A stretch of 50,156 nucleotides of DNA from assembly GCA_045863395.1 (NCBI GenBank), contig BTVJ01000053.1, forward strand, positions 1-50,156. The letters are read 5' to 3'. The position numbers were made by a program, and so were the translations under genes. The DNA is from Myxococcales bacterium. Lineage in GTDB: Bacteria; Myxococcota_A; UBA9042; JABWCM01; BTVJ01. The notes under the pieces are model-generated. The model was not told where the DNA came from, did not search any database, and was given only the letters and a program-made list of their open reading frames with translations. Of the stretch, positions 37,697 through 48,425 are shown one piece after another. Numbering within the stretch: the first letter of the stretch is position 1; every line of letters starts with the position of its first letter.

Positions 37697-40306
37697 ATGC
37701 GCTTCGACAACTACACAGAGCTGACCCGCAAGACCATCGAGCGCGCCGTGAAGATGGCCGCCGAGCGAAACAACCCCGAGGTGACCATCGAGCACCTGGC
37801 GGTCGCCATGCTGGACCAAGAGGAGGGCTATGTCCGCGCCATCCTCCAGAAGCTCGAAGCGCGCCCGGCGGAGATCCGGGGCGTTCTCCTGAAGTCTCTC
37901 GACCGCCTGCCCCAGCAGTTCGGCGGCACCCAGGCCTACCTGGCGCCGCGCCTGCACACACTGCTCCAGGCCGCCGAGAAGGAGGCCGCGCGCTTCAAGG
38001 ACGAGTACGTCGCCTCCGAGCACATCCTGCTCGCGGTCCTCGACGACAAGGGCAGCCCCGCGGAGAAGACCTTCGCGGCTGCCGGGGTCACCCGCGAGCG
38101 GGTGCTGATCGCGCTCCAGGACATCCGGGGCAACGAGCGCATCACCGATCCCAACGCCGAGCAGAAGTTCCAGGCACTTGAGCGGTATGGGCGCGATCTG
38201 ACCGAGGCGGCGCGGCGCGGCAAGCTCGACCCCGTCATCGGCCGCGACGACGAGGTGCGGCGCGTCATCCAGGTGCTCTCGCGGCGCCAGAAGAACAACC
38301 CAGTGGTCATCGGGGAGCCCGGCGTGGGCAAGACCGCCATCGTGGAGGGCCTCGCCCAGCGCATCGTCGCCGGGGACGTGCCGGCGAGCCTCAAGGACAA
38401 GCGCCTGGTCGCCCTGGACCTCGGCTCCCTCATCGCCGGGGCCAAGTACCGCGGCGAGTTCGAGGAGCGCCTCAAGGCCGTGCTCAAGGAGGTGGTCGCC
38501 AGCGACGGCGAGGTGGTGCTGTTCATCGACGAGCTGCACACCGTCGTCGGCGCCGGGGCCTCCGAGGGGTCCATGGACGCCTCCAACATGCTGAAGCCGG
38601 CGCTGGCCAGAGGTGAGCTGCACTGCGTGGGCGCGACGACCCTCAAGGAGTACCGCCGCCACATCGAGAAGGACCCCGCCCTGGAGCGGCGCTTCCAGCC
38701 CGTGCTCGCGGCCGAGCCGTCGGTGGTCGAGACCGTCAGCATCCTGCGCGGCCTCAAGGAGAAGTACGAGATCCACCACCAGGTCCGCATCAAGGACTCG
38801 GCGCTGCTGGCGGCGGCGACCCTGTCCGAGCGGTACATCACGGACCGGTTCCTTCCCGACAAGGCCATCGACCTGATCGACGAGGCGGCGAGCCGGCTGC
38901 GCATCGAGATCGACAGCAAGCCGACGGAGCTCGACCAGGTGGACCGGCAGGTGGTGCAGCTCGAGATCGAGCGGCAGACCCTCATGAAGGAGCGGGACCC
39001 GGGGAGCCAGGACCGCCTGATGCGCCTGGAGCAGAAGCTCCGGAGCGTCCAGGAGGAGGCCGAGGCCATGCGCGCCCACTGGCGCAACGAGCAGGGCGTC
39101 ATCGGGCAGCTCTCGACCGTGAAGCAGACCATGGAGCGCCTGCGGCACGAGGCGGAAGGCGCGCAGCGGGCAGGCGACTTCGAGCGGGCGGCGCGGCTGC
39201 TGCACGGCGACCTCATCGAGCAGCAGAAGGAGCTCGCCCGGGTCGAGGCGCGGCTCGCCGAGCTCCAACGGGACAGGCAGATGCTCAAGGAGGAGGTCGA
39301 CGAGGAGGACATCGCCGATGTGGTGTCGAGCTGGACGGGCATCCCGGTCTCCAAGCTCGTGGAGAGCGAGAGCGACAAGCTCGTCAAGATGGAGGACCGG
39401 CTCGCCCGGCGTGTCATCCACCAGGAGGAGGCCATCCACGCGGTGGCCAACGCCGTTCGGCGCGCCCGCTCGGGGCTCCAGGACCCGAACCGCCCCATCG
39501 GCTCGTTCATCTTCATGGGGCCGACGGGCGTGGGCAAGACGGAGCTCGCGCGGGCGCTGGCCGAGTTCCTCTTCGACGACGAGCACGCCATGATCCGCCT
39601 CGACATGAGCGAGTACATGGAGAAGCACGCCGTCGCGCGCCTGATCGGCGCGCCCCCCGGCTACGTGGGACACGAGGAGGGCGGGCAGCTCACCGAGGCG
39701 GTGCGGCGACGCCCCTACTGCGTGGTGCTCTTCGACGAGGTGGAGAAGGCCCACCAGGACGTTTTCAACGTGCTGCTCCAGCTCCTCGACGACGGGCGGC
39801 TCACGGACGGCCTCGGTCGGACGGTCGACTTCCGCAACGCCATCGTCATCATGACCAGCAACATCGGGTCCACGCACATCCAGGAGCTGGGCGGCAAGGA
39901 CGACGACGAGATGCGCGCCCGCGTCATGAAGGCGCTGCACGCCCACTTCCGGCCCGAGGTGCTGAACCGCATCGACGACACGATCATCTTCCACTCCCTG
40001 CGGCTCCAGGACCTGGAGAAGATCGTCGACATCCAGCTCACGCGGTTCGCCAAGCGGCTGGAGGATCGGCGCCTGGCGATGGATCTCGGCACGGATGCCC
40101 GGAAGTGGCTGGCCGAGCGCGGCTACGACCCGGCCTTCGGGGCGCGCCCCCTCAAGCGGGCCATCCAGACCCACCTGACCAACCCCCTGTCGAAGGCCCT
40201 GCTGGCTGGTGAGTTCCGACCTGGTGACACGATCCGAGTCGAGGTGGCGGGCGATGAGCTGGTCTTCTCGAGGGCGGGAGGATCGGCTCTGGTTCCGGTA
40301 GAGTAG
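37697..40306 (+). CDS. clpB: ATP-dependent chaperone ClpB
   Basis: Clp N-domain, KLDPVIGRD, Walker [15 protein letters not shown], long coiled-coil middle domain, second Walker [23 protein letters not shown]. Confidence 0.97.
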   Translation: MRFDNYTELTRKTIERAVKMAAERNNPEVTIEHLAVAMLDQEEGYVRAILQKLEARPAEIRGVLLKSLDRLPQQFGGTQAYLAPRLHTLLQAAEKEAARFKDEYVASEHILLAVLDDKGSPAEKTFAAAGVTRERVLIALQDIRGNERITDPNAEQKFQALERYGRDLTEAARRGKLDPVIGRDDEVRRVIQVLSRRQKNNPVVIGEPGVGKTAIVEGLAQRIVAGDVPASLKDKRLVALDLGSLIAGAKYRGEFEERLKAVLKEVVASDGEVVLFIDELHTVVGAGASEGSMDASNMLKPALARGELHCVGATTLKEYRRHIEKDPALERRFQPVLAAEPSVVETVSILRGLKEKYEIHHQVRIKDSALLAAATLSERYITDRFLPDKAIDLIDEAASRLRIEIDSKPTELDQVDRQVVQLEIERQTLMKERDPGSQDRLMRLEQKLRSVQEEAEAMRAHWRNEQGVIGQLSTVKQTMERLRHEAEGAQRAGDFERAARLLHGDLIEQQKELARVEARLAELQRDRQMLKEEVDEEDIADVVSSWTGIPVSKLVESESDKLVKMEDRLARRVIHQEEAIHAVANAVRRARSGLQDPNRPIGSFIFMGPTGVGKTELARALAEFLFDDEHAMIRLDMSEYMEKHAVARLIGAPPGYVGHEEGGQLTEAVRRRPYCVVLFDEVEKAHQDVFNVLLQLLDDGRLTDGLGRTVDFRNAIVIMTSNIGSTHIQELGGKDDDEMRARVMKALHAHFRPEVLNRIDDTIIFHSLRLQDLEKIVDIQLTRFAKRLEDRRLAMDLGTDARKWLAERGYDPAFGARPLKRAIQTHLTNPLSKALLAGEFRPGDTIRVEVAGDELVFSRAGGSALVPVE

Positions 40307-40378
40307 GGCGCCCGAGCCGCGCTGCCTCGGGAGGGACACCGCGGCTGGTCGGGCGGTCGCGGTGGGAGGTGTGCCGCG

Positions 40379-42406
40379 CTACGGGTACACGGGCGGGATC
40401 CCCGGCACGCCCACGTCCACCTCGAAGACGCCCTTGTTCCAGCCATCCGGCAGGTACATCTTGTCGACCGCCCAGCCGCCGAGGCCCGAGCCCCACTGCA
40501 TGTTCGGCAGGTAGATGTTGCCGCCCCCCGAGCCGCTGATCACCGTCTTGTACGAGGAGCCGTCGGGGGTGAACCGGTAGACCTTGGTGGCATAGTAGTC
40601 GGCGATGTAGAGGTTGCCGCAGACGTCGATGCCGATGCCGTCGAGCCAGCCCGTGCCCACGTTCTTCGCCCAGGCGACCGGCGCGTCCACGGTGCCGTCG
40701 GGGTGGATCTGGAACATGTAGATGGTGCCGACCCCGCTGAAGCCCGCCACGAAGACCTGGGAGTAGTCTGCGTTGAAGCAGATGCCGTTCGGGTTCTTGA
40801 TGGTCCCCTGGCTGATCACCTTCGACGTCTTCGCGTAGGGGTCCACCTTGAGAACGCGGTTGGCGTCGTGCTCCGTGACCCACGCGAAGCCGTGCTTGTC
40901 GATGGCCATTCCGTTCGGGTAGGCGAGGTTGCTCAGGACCACGTACTGCGTGCCGTCAGGGGTGATGCGGATGAGCTGCCCCGTCGTGTCCTTGTTGACC
41001 ATGAGGTCGCCCGTCGGCAGGTAGCGCATGCCGGCGCGGAAATTGATGCTCGGCACGAACACCTGGGGGGTGCCTCCGTACTTGGTCTTGAAGATCGCCT
41101 TGTCGTTGGAGCCCACCACGTTGCCTGCGTCGTCGAAGGCCAGGTCCTCCGAGGCCATGGGGCCCGACAGCTTCTTGAGCTGGAATGGTCCCGGTGGAAC
41201 CGTGGCGCAGTCGAAGGTGCACTCGCCGCAGGAGCCGCCGCAGCCATCGTCGCCACAGGTCTTCCCGGCGCAGCTCGGCACGCAGGCCGCGCACAGGCCC
41301 GCGGCGTCGCACTTGGTGGTGCCCGGGCACGTGCCGCAGGAGCCGCCGCAGCCATCGCCGCCGCACTGCTTGCCGTCGCACTTTGGGGTGCACGCGGTGC
41401 ACTGCCCCGCCTCGCACTGGAAGCCCGGCCCGCAGGAGCCACAGGAGCCGCCGCAGCCGTCGTCGCCGCACTGCTTGCCGCTGCACTTGGGCGTGCAGCA
41501 CTTGTTGGGGTAGGAGCTCGCGCAGCTCGTGCAGATGTCGTCGCAGCAGTCTCCGTACTGGAAGCACGCGTTGTCGCAGTAGCACTTGCAGCCTGGGCCG
41601 CAGGACTGCTCGCTCTGCGAGCCGCACTTGCCTGCGCAGAGCGTCGACACGCACTGGCCAGCCGTACAGGTCTGGCCGCCTGCGCAAGAGCCGCAGGAGC
41701 CGCCGCAGCCATCGTCGCCACACGCCTTCCCGGCGCACTGCGGCTGGCACGCGCACGAGTTGTCGACGCACGGCCCCCCACCAGGGCACGCGCCGCACTC
41801 GAGGGTGCCGCCACAGCCATCGTCCAGCTCACCGCACGTCGCGCCCGCGGTGGGGCAGGTGAGCGGCGCACAGCCGCAGCGGTTCGGGAAGGTGATACCG
41901 CACGCCTGACCCGCCGGGCACGCCCCGCAGTCCAGGGTGCCGCCGCACCCGTCCTGCATTGTTCCACACTCGTCCTCGTCGCAGGGGATGGGTTCGCACG
42001 GCGCGGGCCCGCAGCGATTTGCCACCGAGGCCCCGCACACCAGGTCGTCGGGGCACGTGCCGCAGTCGACGGTGTCGCCGCAGCCGTTGGCGAGCAGTCC
42101 GCACTGCGCGCCCGCAACGGCGCAGGTCACCGAGACGCATCCGACGTCCGCGCCGGTGCCGCCCGTCCCGTCGTCCGGCGTGCCACCTGCCCCTGCGTCA
42201 GGCGTCAGCGCCCCTCCGTCGTCACTGGGCTTCACGGGTCCGGGGCCGTCGGCAGACTGCCCGCCCCCTGCGCCGGTGTCACCCGCGACGTTGACGAAGT
42301 GCCCTGGATCGACCGCCGTGACACCCGGCTCCGTGGTCCCTGAGCAGGCCGCGAGGGTAACTGTGGTCCAGAGGCAGAGTGCGCGAAGTGCGCGAAGATC
42401 GGTCAT
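40379..42406 (-). CDS. Cys-rich lipoprotein with somatomedin-B-like module and C-terminal SMP-30/gluconolactonase-like beta-propeller
   Basis: Lipobox LAA-C, CGxDGCGGSCGxC repeats, CYCDNACFQYGDCCDD, and propeller blades SEDLAFD, YPNGMAID, NPNGICFN, LDGIGIDVCGNLY. Confidence 0.82.
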   Translation of the reverse strand: MTDLRALRALCLWTTVTLAACSGTTEPGVTAVDPGHFVNVAGDTGAGGGQSADGPGPVKPSDDGGALTPDAGAGGTPDDGTGGTGADVGCVSVTCAVAGAQCGLLANGCGDTVDCGTCPDDLVCGASVANRCGPAPCEPIPCDEDECGTMQDGCGGTLDCGACPAGQACGITFPNRCGCAPLTCPTAGATCGELDDGCGGTLECGACPGGGPCVDNSCACQPQCAGKACGDDGCGGSCGSCAGGQTCTAGQCVSTLCAGKCGSQSEQSCGPGCKCYCDNACFQYGDCCDDICTSCASSYPNKCCTPKCSGKQCGDDGCGGSCGSCGPGFQCEAGQCTACTPKCDGKQCGGDGCGGSCGTCPGTTKCDAAGLCAACVPSCAGKTCGDDGCGGSCGECTFDCATVPPGPFQLKKLSGPMASEDLAFDDAGNVVGSNDKAIFKTKYGGTPQVFVPSINFRAGMRYLPTGDLMVNKDTTGQLIRITPDGTQYVVLSNLAYPNGMAIDKHGFAWVTEHDANRVLKVDPYAKTSKVISQGTIKNPNGICFNADYSQVFVAGFSGVGTIYMFQIHPDGTVDAPVAWAKNVGTGWLDGIGIDVCGNLYIADYYATKVYRFTPDGSSYKTVISGSGGGNIYLPNMQWGSGLGGWAVDKMYLPDGWNKGVFEVDVGVPGIPPVYP

Positions 42407-42558
42407 GGGAGGTGCCCCGCGGGTGAGTGGTTGGCAGCGCGACGATGATACCGACCGCTCGATGTGGCGGCGGTCCTTCAAACCTTGCGTCTATTCTACA
42501 TGGCGCTTGCCCCGGGCCCCAGAGCTGGAATACCATGGCTTGCCTCCAGGAGGGCGGG

Positions 42559-43668
42559 GTGGAACACGCGCTGAACGACCAACCACTCTACACACCTGCG
42601 GCGCACGTCGCCATCGTCTGGTCGCCAGATTGCGCACGGATCGGCGCAACCGTTCCGGTGGGGCCCGACGGCCTCCGGGTGGGGCGCGGGGCCCGCGACC
42701 CAAGTTGGCTCGGCCTGCCGTGCGAAGACCGGCGCGCCTCCCGTGACCACTTCACGGTGCAGTGGAGTGGGACCCGGCTCGCGGTGCGTGACTCCGGGAC
42801 CCGCAACGGGACGCTGGTCAACGGCGTCCTCGTGCCCGCGCATGGGGTGGTATCGCCCCAGGATGGCGCCGTGATCCGAGCGGGTGACACGCTCCTGGTG
42901 CTCCGCGCCGGCAGCCCTGGGCTGGGCACGGACCCCGACGCCTGGACCCCTGGGGCCAGCCCTCCGGCCAACTCGGTCCGAGGTGCCATCGGAGGCATCA
43001 GCGCCAAGGCGGGCGGCCCCGCGCTGTTTCTCGGTGAGCCCGGTACGGGAAAGCAGATGGCAGCCAGGTGGCTCCATGCCCGGCTGGCGGACCCGGAGCG
43101 TCCCTGGGTCCATGTGTGGTGCGGGGATGCCATGCGCTCGAGGGACGGTGCCTCCGTGCTGGCCAGGGCCGCCACCGCCCGGGGCGGCATCCTGTTCCTG
43201 GAGGACGTCGGGCAGCTCAATGAGGAGGTCCAGCGGATGCTCCTCGGAGCCATCCGCTGGTGGACCGCCGAGGGGACCCTCCAGGTCATCGGTGCAGCCT
43301 CCGCGCTGCCCGTGTCCTCGCCGGGGCCCCTCGTGAGCTGGCTGGCCTCGGGTGACATCGTGCGCTTTCCGCCACTGCGCGAGCGACGGGAGGACATCCC
43401 CGCGCTCGCCACCGCCGTTGGCGAGCGGCGGGTGGCTGGGGTGCCTCTCCCTCCGCTCCGTTGCTGGGATCCTGACCTGGTGGAGGCGCTGCTCTTGTTC
43501 CGCTATCCGCGGAACCTTCACGACCTGAGCGAGATCATGGTCACGGCCGCCATGAACGCGGCCGGGGCACAGTGCCTGGAGCTGAGACATCTGCCCGCGT
43601 CCCTGCTCACGGCGTGGGGGGCCATGCGTCCTGGGAGCGACCCCTACCTCCCCTGGCGGCTCCCGTGA
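42559..43668 (+). CDS. FHA domain plus degenerate sigma-54 activator-type AAA+ protein
   Basis: FHA (VGRG, ASRDH, DSGTRNGTLVNG), Walker A GEPGTGKQ, LFLEDV, PPLRERREDI, YPRNLHDL. No GAFTGA and no HTH. GTG start with AGGAGG RBS. Confidence 0.8.
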   Translation: MEHALNDQPLYTPAAHVAIVWSPDCARIGATVPVGPDGLRVGRGARDPSWLGLPCEDRRASRDHFTVQWSGTRLAVRDSGTRNGTLVNGVLVPAHGVVSPQDGAVIRAGDTLLVLRAGSPGLGTDPDAWTPGASPPANSVRGAIGGISAKAGGPALFLGEPGTGKQMAARWLHARLADPERPWVHVWCGDAMRSRDGASVLARAATARGGILFLEDVGQLNEEVQRMLLGAIRWWTAEGTLQVIGAASALPVSSPGPLVSWLASGDIVRFPPLRERREDIPALATAVGERRVAGVPLPPLRCWDPDLVEALLLFRYPRNLHDLSEIMVTAAMNAAGAQCLELRHLPASLLTAWGAMRPGSDPYLPWRLP

Positions 43669-43688
43669 CCGCACGTGGGGCGCTCGTG

Positions 43689-43716
43689 TTGACTCTCGCG
43701 CGCCAGGGTGTATAGA
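43689..43716 (+). promoter_or_regulatory. Possible sigma-70-type promoter
   Basis: TTGACT, 16-nt spacer, TATAGA, upstream of the 43751 ATG. Confidence 0.45.
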
Positions 43717-43750
43717 AGCGCCGACACTGGGGGGCTTGTGAGGGTCGGCG

Positions 43751-44080
43751 ATGGGTTCACACGTCAGTTCGCCCTGGGTGCGCTCGGAGCTGGTGAGCTA
43801 TGAGGGGGAGGCAGAGGTGTCCCTGGACGGGGACACCACCGAGACGGGGCGTGTCACCCTCACCCCCCAGAAGCTCGTCTTCCGCCCCACCGAGGAGTGT
43901 TCCTGCGCTCCCGACGTCGAGGTGCCGCTCGACGTGATCACGCAGGCACAGCTCGTCGGGCTGCGTCGCCGCCTCGAAGTGCACGTCGGCGGCTCACATT
44001 GCCTCGTCCTGAAGGGGGCAGAGGTCGGCCGCCTCCACGGGCGCCTCTCCGACCTGCTCGGTGCCGCCGCCCTGCAGTAG
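43751..44080 (+). CDS. Small PH/GRAM-like domain protein
   Basis: GRVTLTPQKLVFRP...VEVPLDVITQAQL...LEVHV followed by a C-terminal helix, a pattern typical of the PH/GRAM fold. Confidence 0.55.
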   Translation: MGSHVSSPWVRSELVSYEGEAEVSLDGDTTETGRVTLTPQKLVFRPTEECSCAPDVEVPLDVITQAQLVGLRRRLEVHVGGSHCLVLKGAEVGRLHGRLSDLLGAAALQ

Positions 44081-44095
44081 CCGACCCCTGCGGAG

Positions 44096-45076
44096 TCAGG
44101 CGGCCGGGTCCTCGTGGGGCTCCTTGCGAGCGGGGCCCTTGATCTCTCGGAAGCTCTGCGTCGGCGGGTCCAGCAGGACCTTCGTGTGGGGCGGGACGGA
44201 CCGGGTGATCCACACGTTGCCGCCGACGATGCTCCCCCGGCCGATGACCGTGTCCCCCCCCAGGATGGTCGCCCCCGCATAGACGGTCACATCGTCCTCC
44301 AGGGTCGGGTGCCGCTTGGCCGGCTCCCACTCTGCCTCGCCGTGGCGCGCGACGCTGAGCGCGCCCAGGGTCACGCCCTGGTAGAGCTTGCAGTTGCTCC
44401 CGATGTCGCTGGTCTCGCCCACCACGACCCCCGTGCCGTGGTCGATGAACAGCCCGGGCCCGATGCGCGCCCCCGGGTGGATGTCGATGCCCGTTCGGCT
44501 GTGCATGAACTCGGTCATCATGCGCGGGATGAGCGGGACGCGGCGCTTGTGGAGCCAGTGGGCGATGCGGTAGGTCCCGATAGCGCGCATGGACGGGTAG
44601 CTCAGCAGCACGTCCACCATGGAGCGAGCGGCCGGGTCGCCCGCCACGGCGGCTCTGGCGTCCTCGCGGAGCACCGTCCGGATTGCCGGGAGGTCCTCGA
44701 AGAGCTCCATCACGATCTCTGCGGCGCGCTCCGCGGCCGCCTCGGGCCCCATGGTGTCTCCCGCCGTCTCGCAGCGGGCCGTGTGCTCCAGGCTCTTCGC
44801 CACCTCGCCGGTGAGCTGCTCGTAGATGCGGGCACAGCGGGCGCCGATGACATAGGTCGCGTTGCGCCGCCCGATGGGCGCCTGCTCCCGGTAGCCCGGG
44901 AACAGCACCGTCTCCAGGTTGCGGATGATCTCGATGACCCGCTCGTTGGACGGGAGGTTGTGACCCTCGATGTGGTTGATGCCGCCGTGGATCTCGTAGC
45001 TCGCGAGGATCCGCTCCACCGCGTTCGTGAACCGCGGATCCGCCAAGCGGTCGCGCTCGTGCTTGCTGTCCGGCAT
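44096..45076 (-). CDS. cysE: Serine O-acetyltransferase
   Basis: GDPAARS, YRIAHWL, GIDIHPGARIG, FIDHGTGVVVGET, YQGVTLG, KRHPT hexapeptide repeats. Directly downstream of cysK. Confidence 0.93.
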   Translation of the reverse strand: MPDSKHERDRLADPRFTNAVERILASYEIHGGINHIEGHNLPSNERVIEIIRNLETVLFPGYREQAPIGRRNATYVIGARCARIYEQLTGEVAKSLEHTARCETAGDTMGPEAAAERAAEIVMELFEDLPAIRTVLREDARAAVAGDPAARSMVDVLLSYPSMRAIGTYRIAHWLHKRRVPLIPRMMTEFMHSRTGIDIHPGARIGPGLFIDHGTGVVVGETSDIGSNCKLYQGVTLGALSVARHGEAEWEPAKRHPTLEDDVTVYAGATILGGDTVIGRGSIVGGNVWITRSVPPHTKVLLDPPTQSFREIKGPARKEPHEDPAA

Positions 45077-45087
45077 TCGACTCTCCT

Positions 45088-46032
45088 TCAGCTCCGGTTG
45101 GCCGCGTAGGCCTCGAATGAGCTCCAGTAACGTTCCCCCGTATCGCAGATCACGGCAAGGACCGTGCGTCCTGCTCCCAGCTCCCGAGCGACCTCCCGTG
45201 CCGCCCACACGATGGCGCCCGACGAGATGCCGCAGAGGATGCCCTCCTTGCGCGCCAGGTGGTCGGCCATCTCGAAGGCGTCGGCGTCCGAGACCTGGAT
45301 CACCTGGTCGATGACCTCCGGGTTCAGGTTCTTGGGCACGAAGCCCGCGCCGATGCCCTGGATCCGGTGCGGCCCCGGGCGGCCGCCGCTGAGGACCGGT
45401 GAGCGCTCCGGCTCCACCGCGACGATGCGGAGCGACGGCTTCAGGGGCTTGAGCACCTCCCCGACCCCGGTGACCGTGCCGCCCGTGCCTACGCCCGAGA
45501 CGAACGCATCGAGCTGCTCGATGGGGACGTCTGCGAGCACCTCCTGGGCCGTCGTGCGCCGGTGGACGTCCGGGTTGGAGGGGTTGTCGAACTGCATGGG
45601 CATGTAGGCCTCGCCGTCCAGGTCGCGCACGATCTCCGCCGCCGCGTCGAGTGCCCCCCGCATGCCCTTCTCTGCCGGGGTGAGCACCAGCTCCGCCCCG
45701 TAGGCCTCCAGGATGCGCCGCCGCTCCAGGCTCATGCTCTCCGGCATGGTCAGGATCAGGCGGTAGCCCTTGACCGCCGCCACCATGGCCAGCGCGATGC
45801 CGGTGTTGCCGCTGGTCGGCTCCACGATGACCATGCCGGGCTCCAGCTCGCCCCGCCGCTCCGCGTCCTCGATCATGGCGAGCCCGATGCGGTCCTTGAC
45901 GCTCCCGCCAGGGTTCGCCAGCTCCAGCTTGACCAGGATGGTCGCCTCGTCGTCGGCGGCCGTGCGGTTCAGGCGCACGACGGGCGTGCGGCCGATGAGC
46001 GCTGTGATGTCGTCGTAGACCCGTCCGTGCAT
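45088..46032 (-). CDS. cysK: Cysteine synthase A
   Basis: IGRTPVVRL, NPGGSVKDR (PLP lysine), EPTSGNTG, GVGTGGT, HRIQGIG, CDTGERY. Confidence 0.95.
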   Translation of the reverse strand: MHGRVYDDITALIGRTPVVRLNRTAADDEATILVKLELANPGGSVKDRIGLAMIEDAERRGELEPGMVIVEPTSGNTGIALAMVAAVKGYRLILTMPESMSLERRRILEAYGAELVLTPAEKGMRGALDAAAEIVRDLDGEAYMPMQFDNPSNPDVHRRTTAQEVLADVPIEQLDAFVSGVGTGGTVTGVGEVLKPLKPSLRIVAVEPERSPVLSGGRPGPHRIQGIGAGFVPKNLNPEVIDQVIQVSDADAFEMADHLARKEGILCGISSGAIVWAAREVARELGAGRTVLAVICDTGERYWSSFEAYAANRS

Positions 46033-46043
46033 TCGCTGACTCC

Positions 46044-48425
46044 TCAGTTGTCGCTGCACCCCTGCGGGATGCACGCCTTGACGCCGTCTGCCACACCCGT
46101 CGAGCTGACGGAGGCCTTGCACTTGGGGCCGCCGTCGGTGCTCGCGCAGTCCTGGTCCTGGGTGCACTTGGGGGCGCAGCGCAGGTCCACGAAGGACTTG
46201 CCTCCGATGTTGACGCAGACGTGCCCCGACACGCAATCCGTGTCCCCCTTGCACGGCAGGCACGACCGCGCCTTTCGGCACTGCGGGGTGATCACGTCCA
46301 GCGCATCGTCCTTCCGGTCGATGACGACGTGGGGGTCGCAGACCATGAAGGGGCCGCCGCCCAGGCAGTCCACGTCGCTCATGCACGGCGAGGAGCAGTA
46401 GCCCGCGCCCCCCTTCTTTTCGGGCAGGCAGAGCAGCGACGCGCAGTCGAAGGGCGTGGTGCAGGGGTCCCCCACCTGGCCCGTGGCAGGCTCGCCGTCC
46501 GGGCCGCGGTTGCTCACACACAGGTACTCCAGCGTGGACGGCAGCGTCGGGTCCGTCGCGATGGGCCACGCGACGCACGCATGGTCAGGGGCGCCGCAGG
46601 ACAGGTCCTTGCCGCAGTCGAGGAGGTTGCTCCCCTTGCCGACGGGCCAGCACACCGGCACGTAGAGGTCGTCGTTGCGCTCCACCGTCCCGTTCCAGCC
46701 GTAGATGACGGCCCTGCACACGGACGGGTGCTCCTTGCCGTCGATGGTCACCTTCGCCGGGCAGTCGCCCGCCGTCGTGCAGGTGCGGCTGCACAGGTCC
46801 GGCACCGCGCCCAGGACGTCATCGGTGATGCAGAAGCCGATGCGGCACTCCCCCGCCCCCGGGCCCGGGCCGCATGGGGCGCCATAACCACCGAAGGACT
46901 CGGGCATGGAGCGGCACACCTGCCGGATCTGGAAGGGGTAGGGAGCGCCCTGGGGGGCTGCGGTCTCCAGGGGGCCGCAGGTCTCGCCGGAGGGGCAGTC
47001 CAGATCCGTGGCGCACTCCACCAGCGGCCCGGTGTGAGGGACCGGCTCGCAGACGGGCAGCGGCAGGACCACGTCGAGGATCTGATCGCCGTCCACGTCG
47101 AAGGGGATCTCCGCGGCGGCGCACACCTGCCCTGCGGCCACCGCGCAGTCCGCGTCCGTCGTGCAGTGGGCGCTGCACTGCCCCTTGTAGCAGAGGTCGG
47201 GGTTGGTGCAGACCAGCGCGTCCTCGGGGGCGTTCGTGCACTGCTCGCCCGCGGTCAGCGTCGCGCCTGGGGGGGCCGCCACACACTGGTGGGCCCAGCT
47301 CGGCGGGACCTGGTCGAAGGTGGCGTGAGTGCGGCAGTGGAAGCCCGGCGTCTCACAGTCACCGTCCACGGCGCAGGTCCGCGGGGCGCAGAGCCCCGCT
47401 CCTGGGACGCGCGCGTCGGGGCTCTTGTGGACACACCGCCACTCCGAGCAGTCCGCGTCCACTGCGCAGGGCTTGTCGGGCGCGGCCTTGCACGTGCTGG
47501 TCGCGGCGTCGCAGGACGCCCCCGGGGTGAGGCAGTCCGCGTTGTCGTCGCACCAGGCGGTGCACCCAGTGGGTGTGCACAGGAAGGGGGACACGCACAG
47601 GGGGCGGTCCTGCGTGTCTGCGAGGCTGCAGTGGCTGCCGAGCGCCGCCGTCGGGGTCACGACTCCGCCCTGGCAGCGCAGGGTGAGCTCCCCGTTGATC
47701 GTGATCGCGTCGCACACCTCGCCCGGCGGACAGTCGGCGGTGCGCTTGCACGCGGCGAACTTCGTGCCGGGCACGCAGTAGGTGATCGGGTCGAGGGCCG
47801 TGGAGGGGGCGATGTCCACGCAACGGAACGTGGAGCCCACCGGGCCGTCCGCCGCGTCGCTGCACGAGTTGGGGACGTCCTCGTCCTCGATCCCGTCGGG
47901 GTACGGCTCCCCGGTGACGTTGTCGACCGTGTCCTTCGAGAACTGGCACGGCCGGGAGCAGTAGGGCAGGTGGCAGGCGCCGCTGGCGCACTGGGCGTCG
48001 AGGCAGCCCGGCCAGGAGGCCGAGCCCGCGGGAGCGGTCGGGCCGCAGGTGTCAGTCACGCCACAGGCGGCGCCAAAGGGCTGCTTGCCCTCGGTGGCGA
48101 CGCACATCCCGCTGAGGTTGCACGTCTGGCCGGGCGCGCACAGCCCGCACAAGCCGCCGCACCCGTCCGGACCGCACTGGCGGCCGGAGCACACGGGGCT
48201 GCACGGGGCTGCGTCGGGAGCGTCAGCAGCGGAGTCCGTGGAGGCCTGGACGTCCGAGCTGCCGTCGGGCAATGGCGCGGCGTCGGAGGCGGCGTCGCTC
48301 GCGGAGCTCGAACCGTCTGCCTCGGGCTCTTCGTCCGCGCAGGCGGGCGCGACGGCGAGCGCAAGCGACAGCGCGAGCACGGACGCTGCGCGAGGTGGTT
48401 GACATCGGGGCGTGTGTCTTGCCAT
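46044..48425 (-). CDS. Large Cys-rich putative lipoprotein
   Basis: Signal peptide ending APA-C, a CGPDGCGG unit, and many CxxDxDC and YCSxxC modules. Confidence 0.8.
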   Translation of the reverse strand: MARHTPRCQPPRAASVLALSLALAVAPACADEEPEADGSSSASDAASDAAPLPDGSSDVQASTDSAADAPDAAPCSPVCSGRQCGPDGCGGLCGLCAPGQTCNLSGMCVATEGKQPFGAACGVTDTCGPTAPAGSASWPGCLDAQCASGACHLPYCSRPCQFSKDTVDNVTGEPYPDGIEDEDVPNSCSDAADGPVGSTFRCVDIAPSTALDPITYCVPGTKFAACKRTADCPPGEVCDAITINGELTLRCQGGVVTPTAALGSHCSLADTQDRPLCVSPFLCTPTGCTAWCDDNADCLTPGASCDAATSTCKAAPDKPCAVDADCSEWRCVHKSPDARVPGAGLCAPRTCAVDGDCETPGFHCRTHATFDQVPPSWAHQCVAAPPGATLTAGEQCTNAPEDALVCTNPDLCYKGQCSAHCTTDADCAVAAGQVCAAAEIPFDVDGDQILDVVLPLPVCEPVPHTGPLVECATDLDCPSGETCGPLETAAPQGAPYPFQIRQVCRSMPESFGGYGAPCGPGPGAGECRIGFCITDDVLGAVPDLCSRTCTTAGDCPAKVTIDGKEHPSVCRAVIYGWNGTVERNDDLYVPVCWPVGKGSNLLDCGKDLSCGAPDHACVAWPIATDPTLPSTLEYLCVSNRGPDGEPATGQVGDPCTTPFDCASLLCLPEKKGGAGYCSSPCMSDVDCLGGGPFMVCDPHVVIDRKDDALDVITPQCRKARSCLPCKGDTDCVSGHVCVNIGGKSFVDLRCAPKCTQDQDCASTDGGPKCKASVSSTGVADGVKACIPQGCSDN

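Noticed and set aside
27673..40306. CIRCE (HrcA) operators near rpoH or clpB
   Set aside because: No TTAGCACTC-N9-GAGTGCTAA-like sequence was seen upstream of either gene.
37085..40339. 1084-aa minus-strand ORF
   Set aside because: Antisense shadow of clpB and its upstream genes.
44096..46578. Apparent long N-terminal extensions or fusions on cysE (666 aa) and cysK (496 aa)
   Set aside because: The extensions are off-frame read-through of the upstream genes; the real starts are 45076 and 46032.
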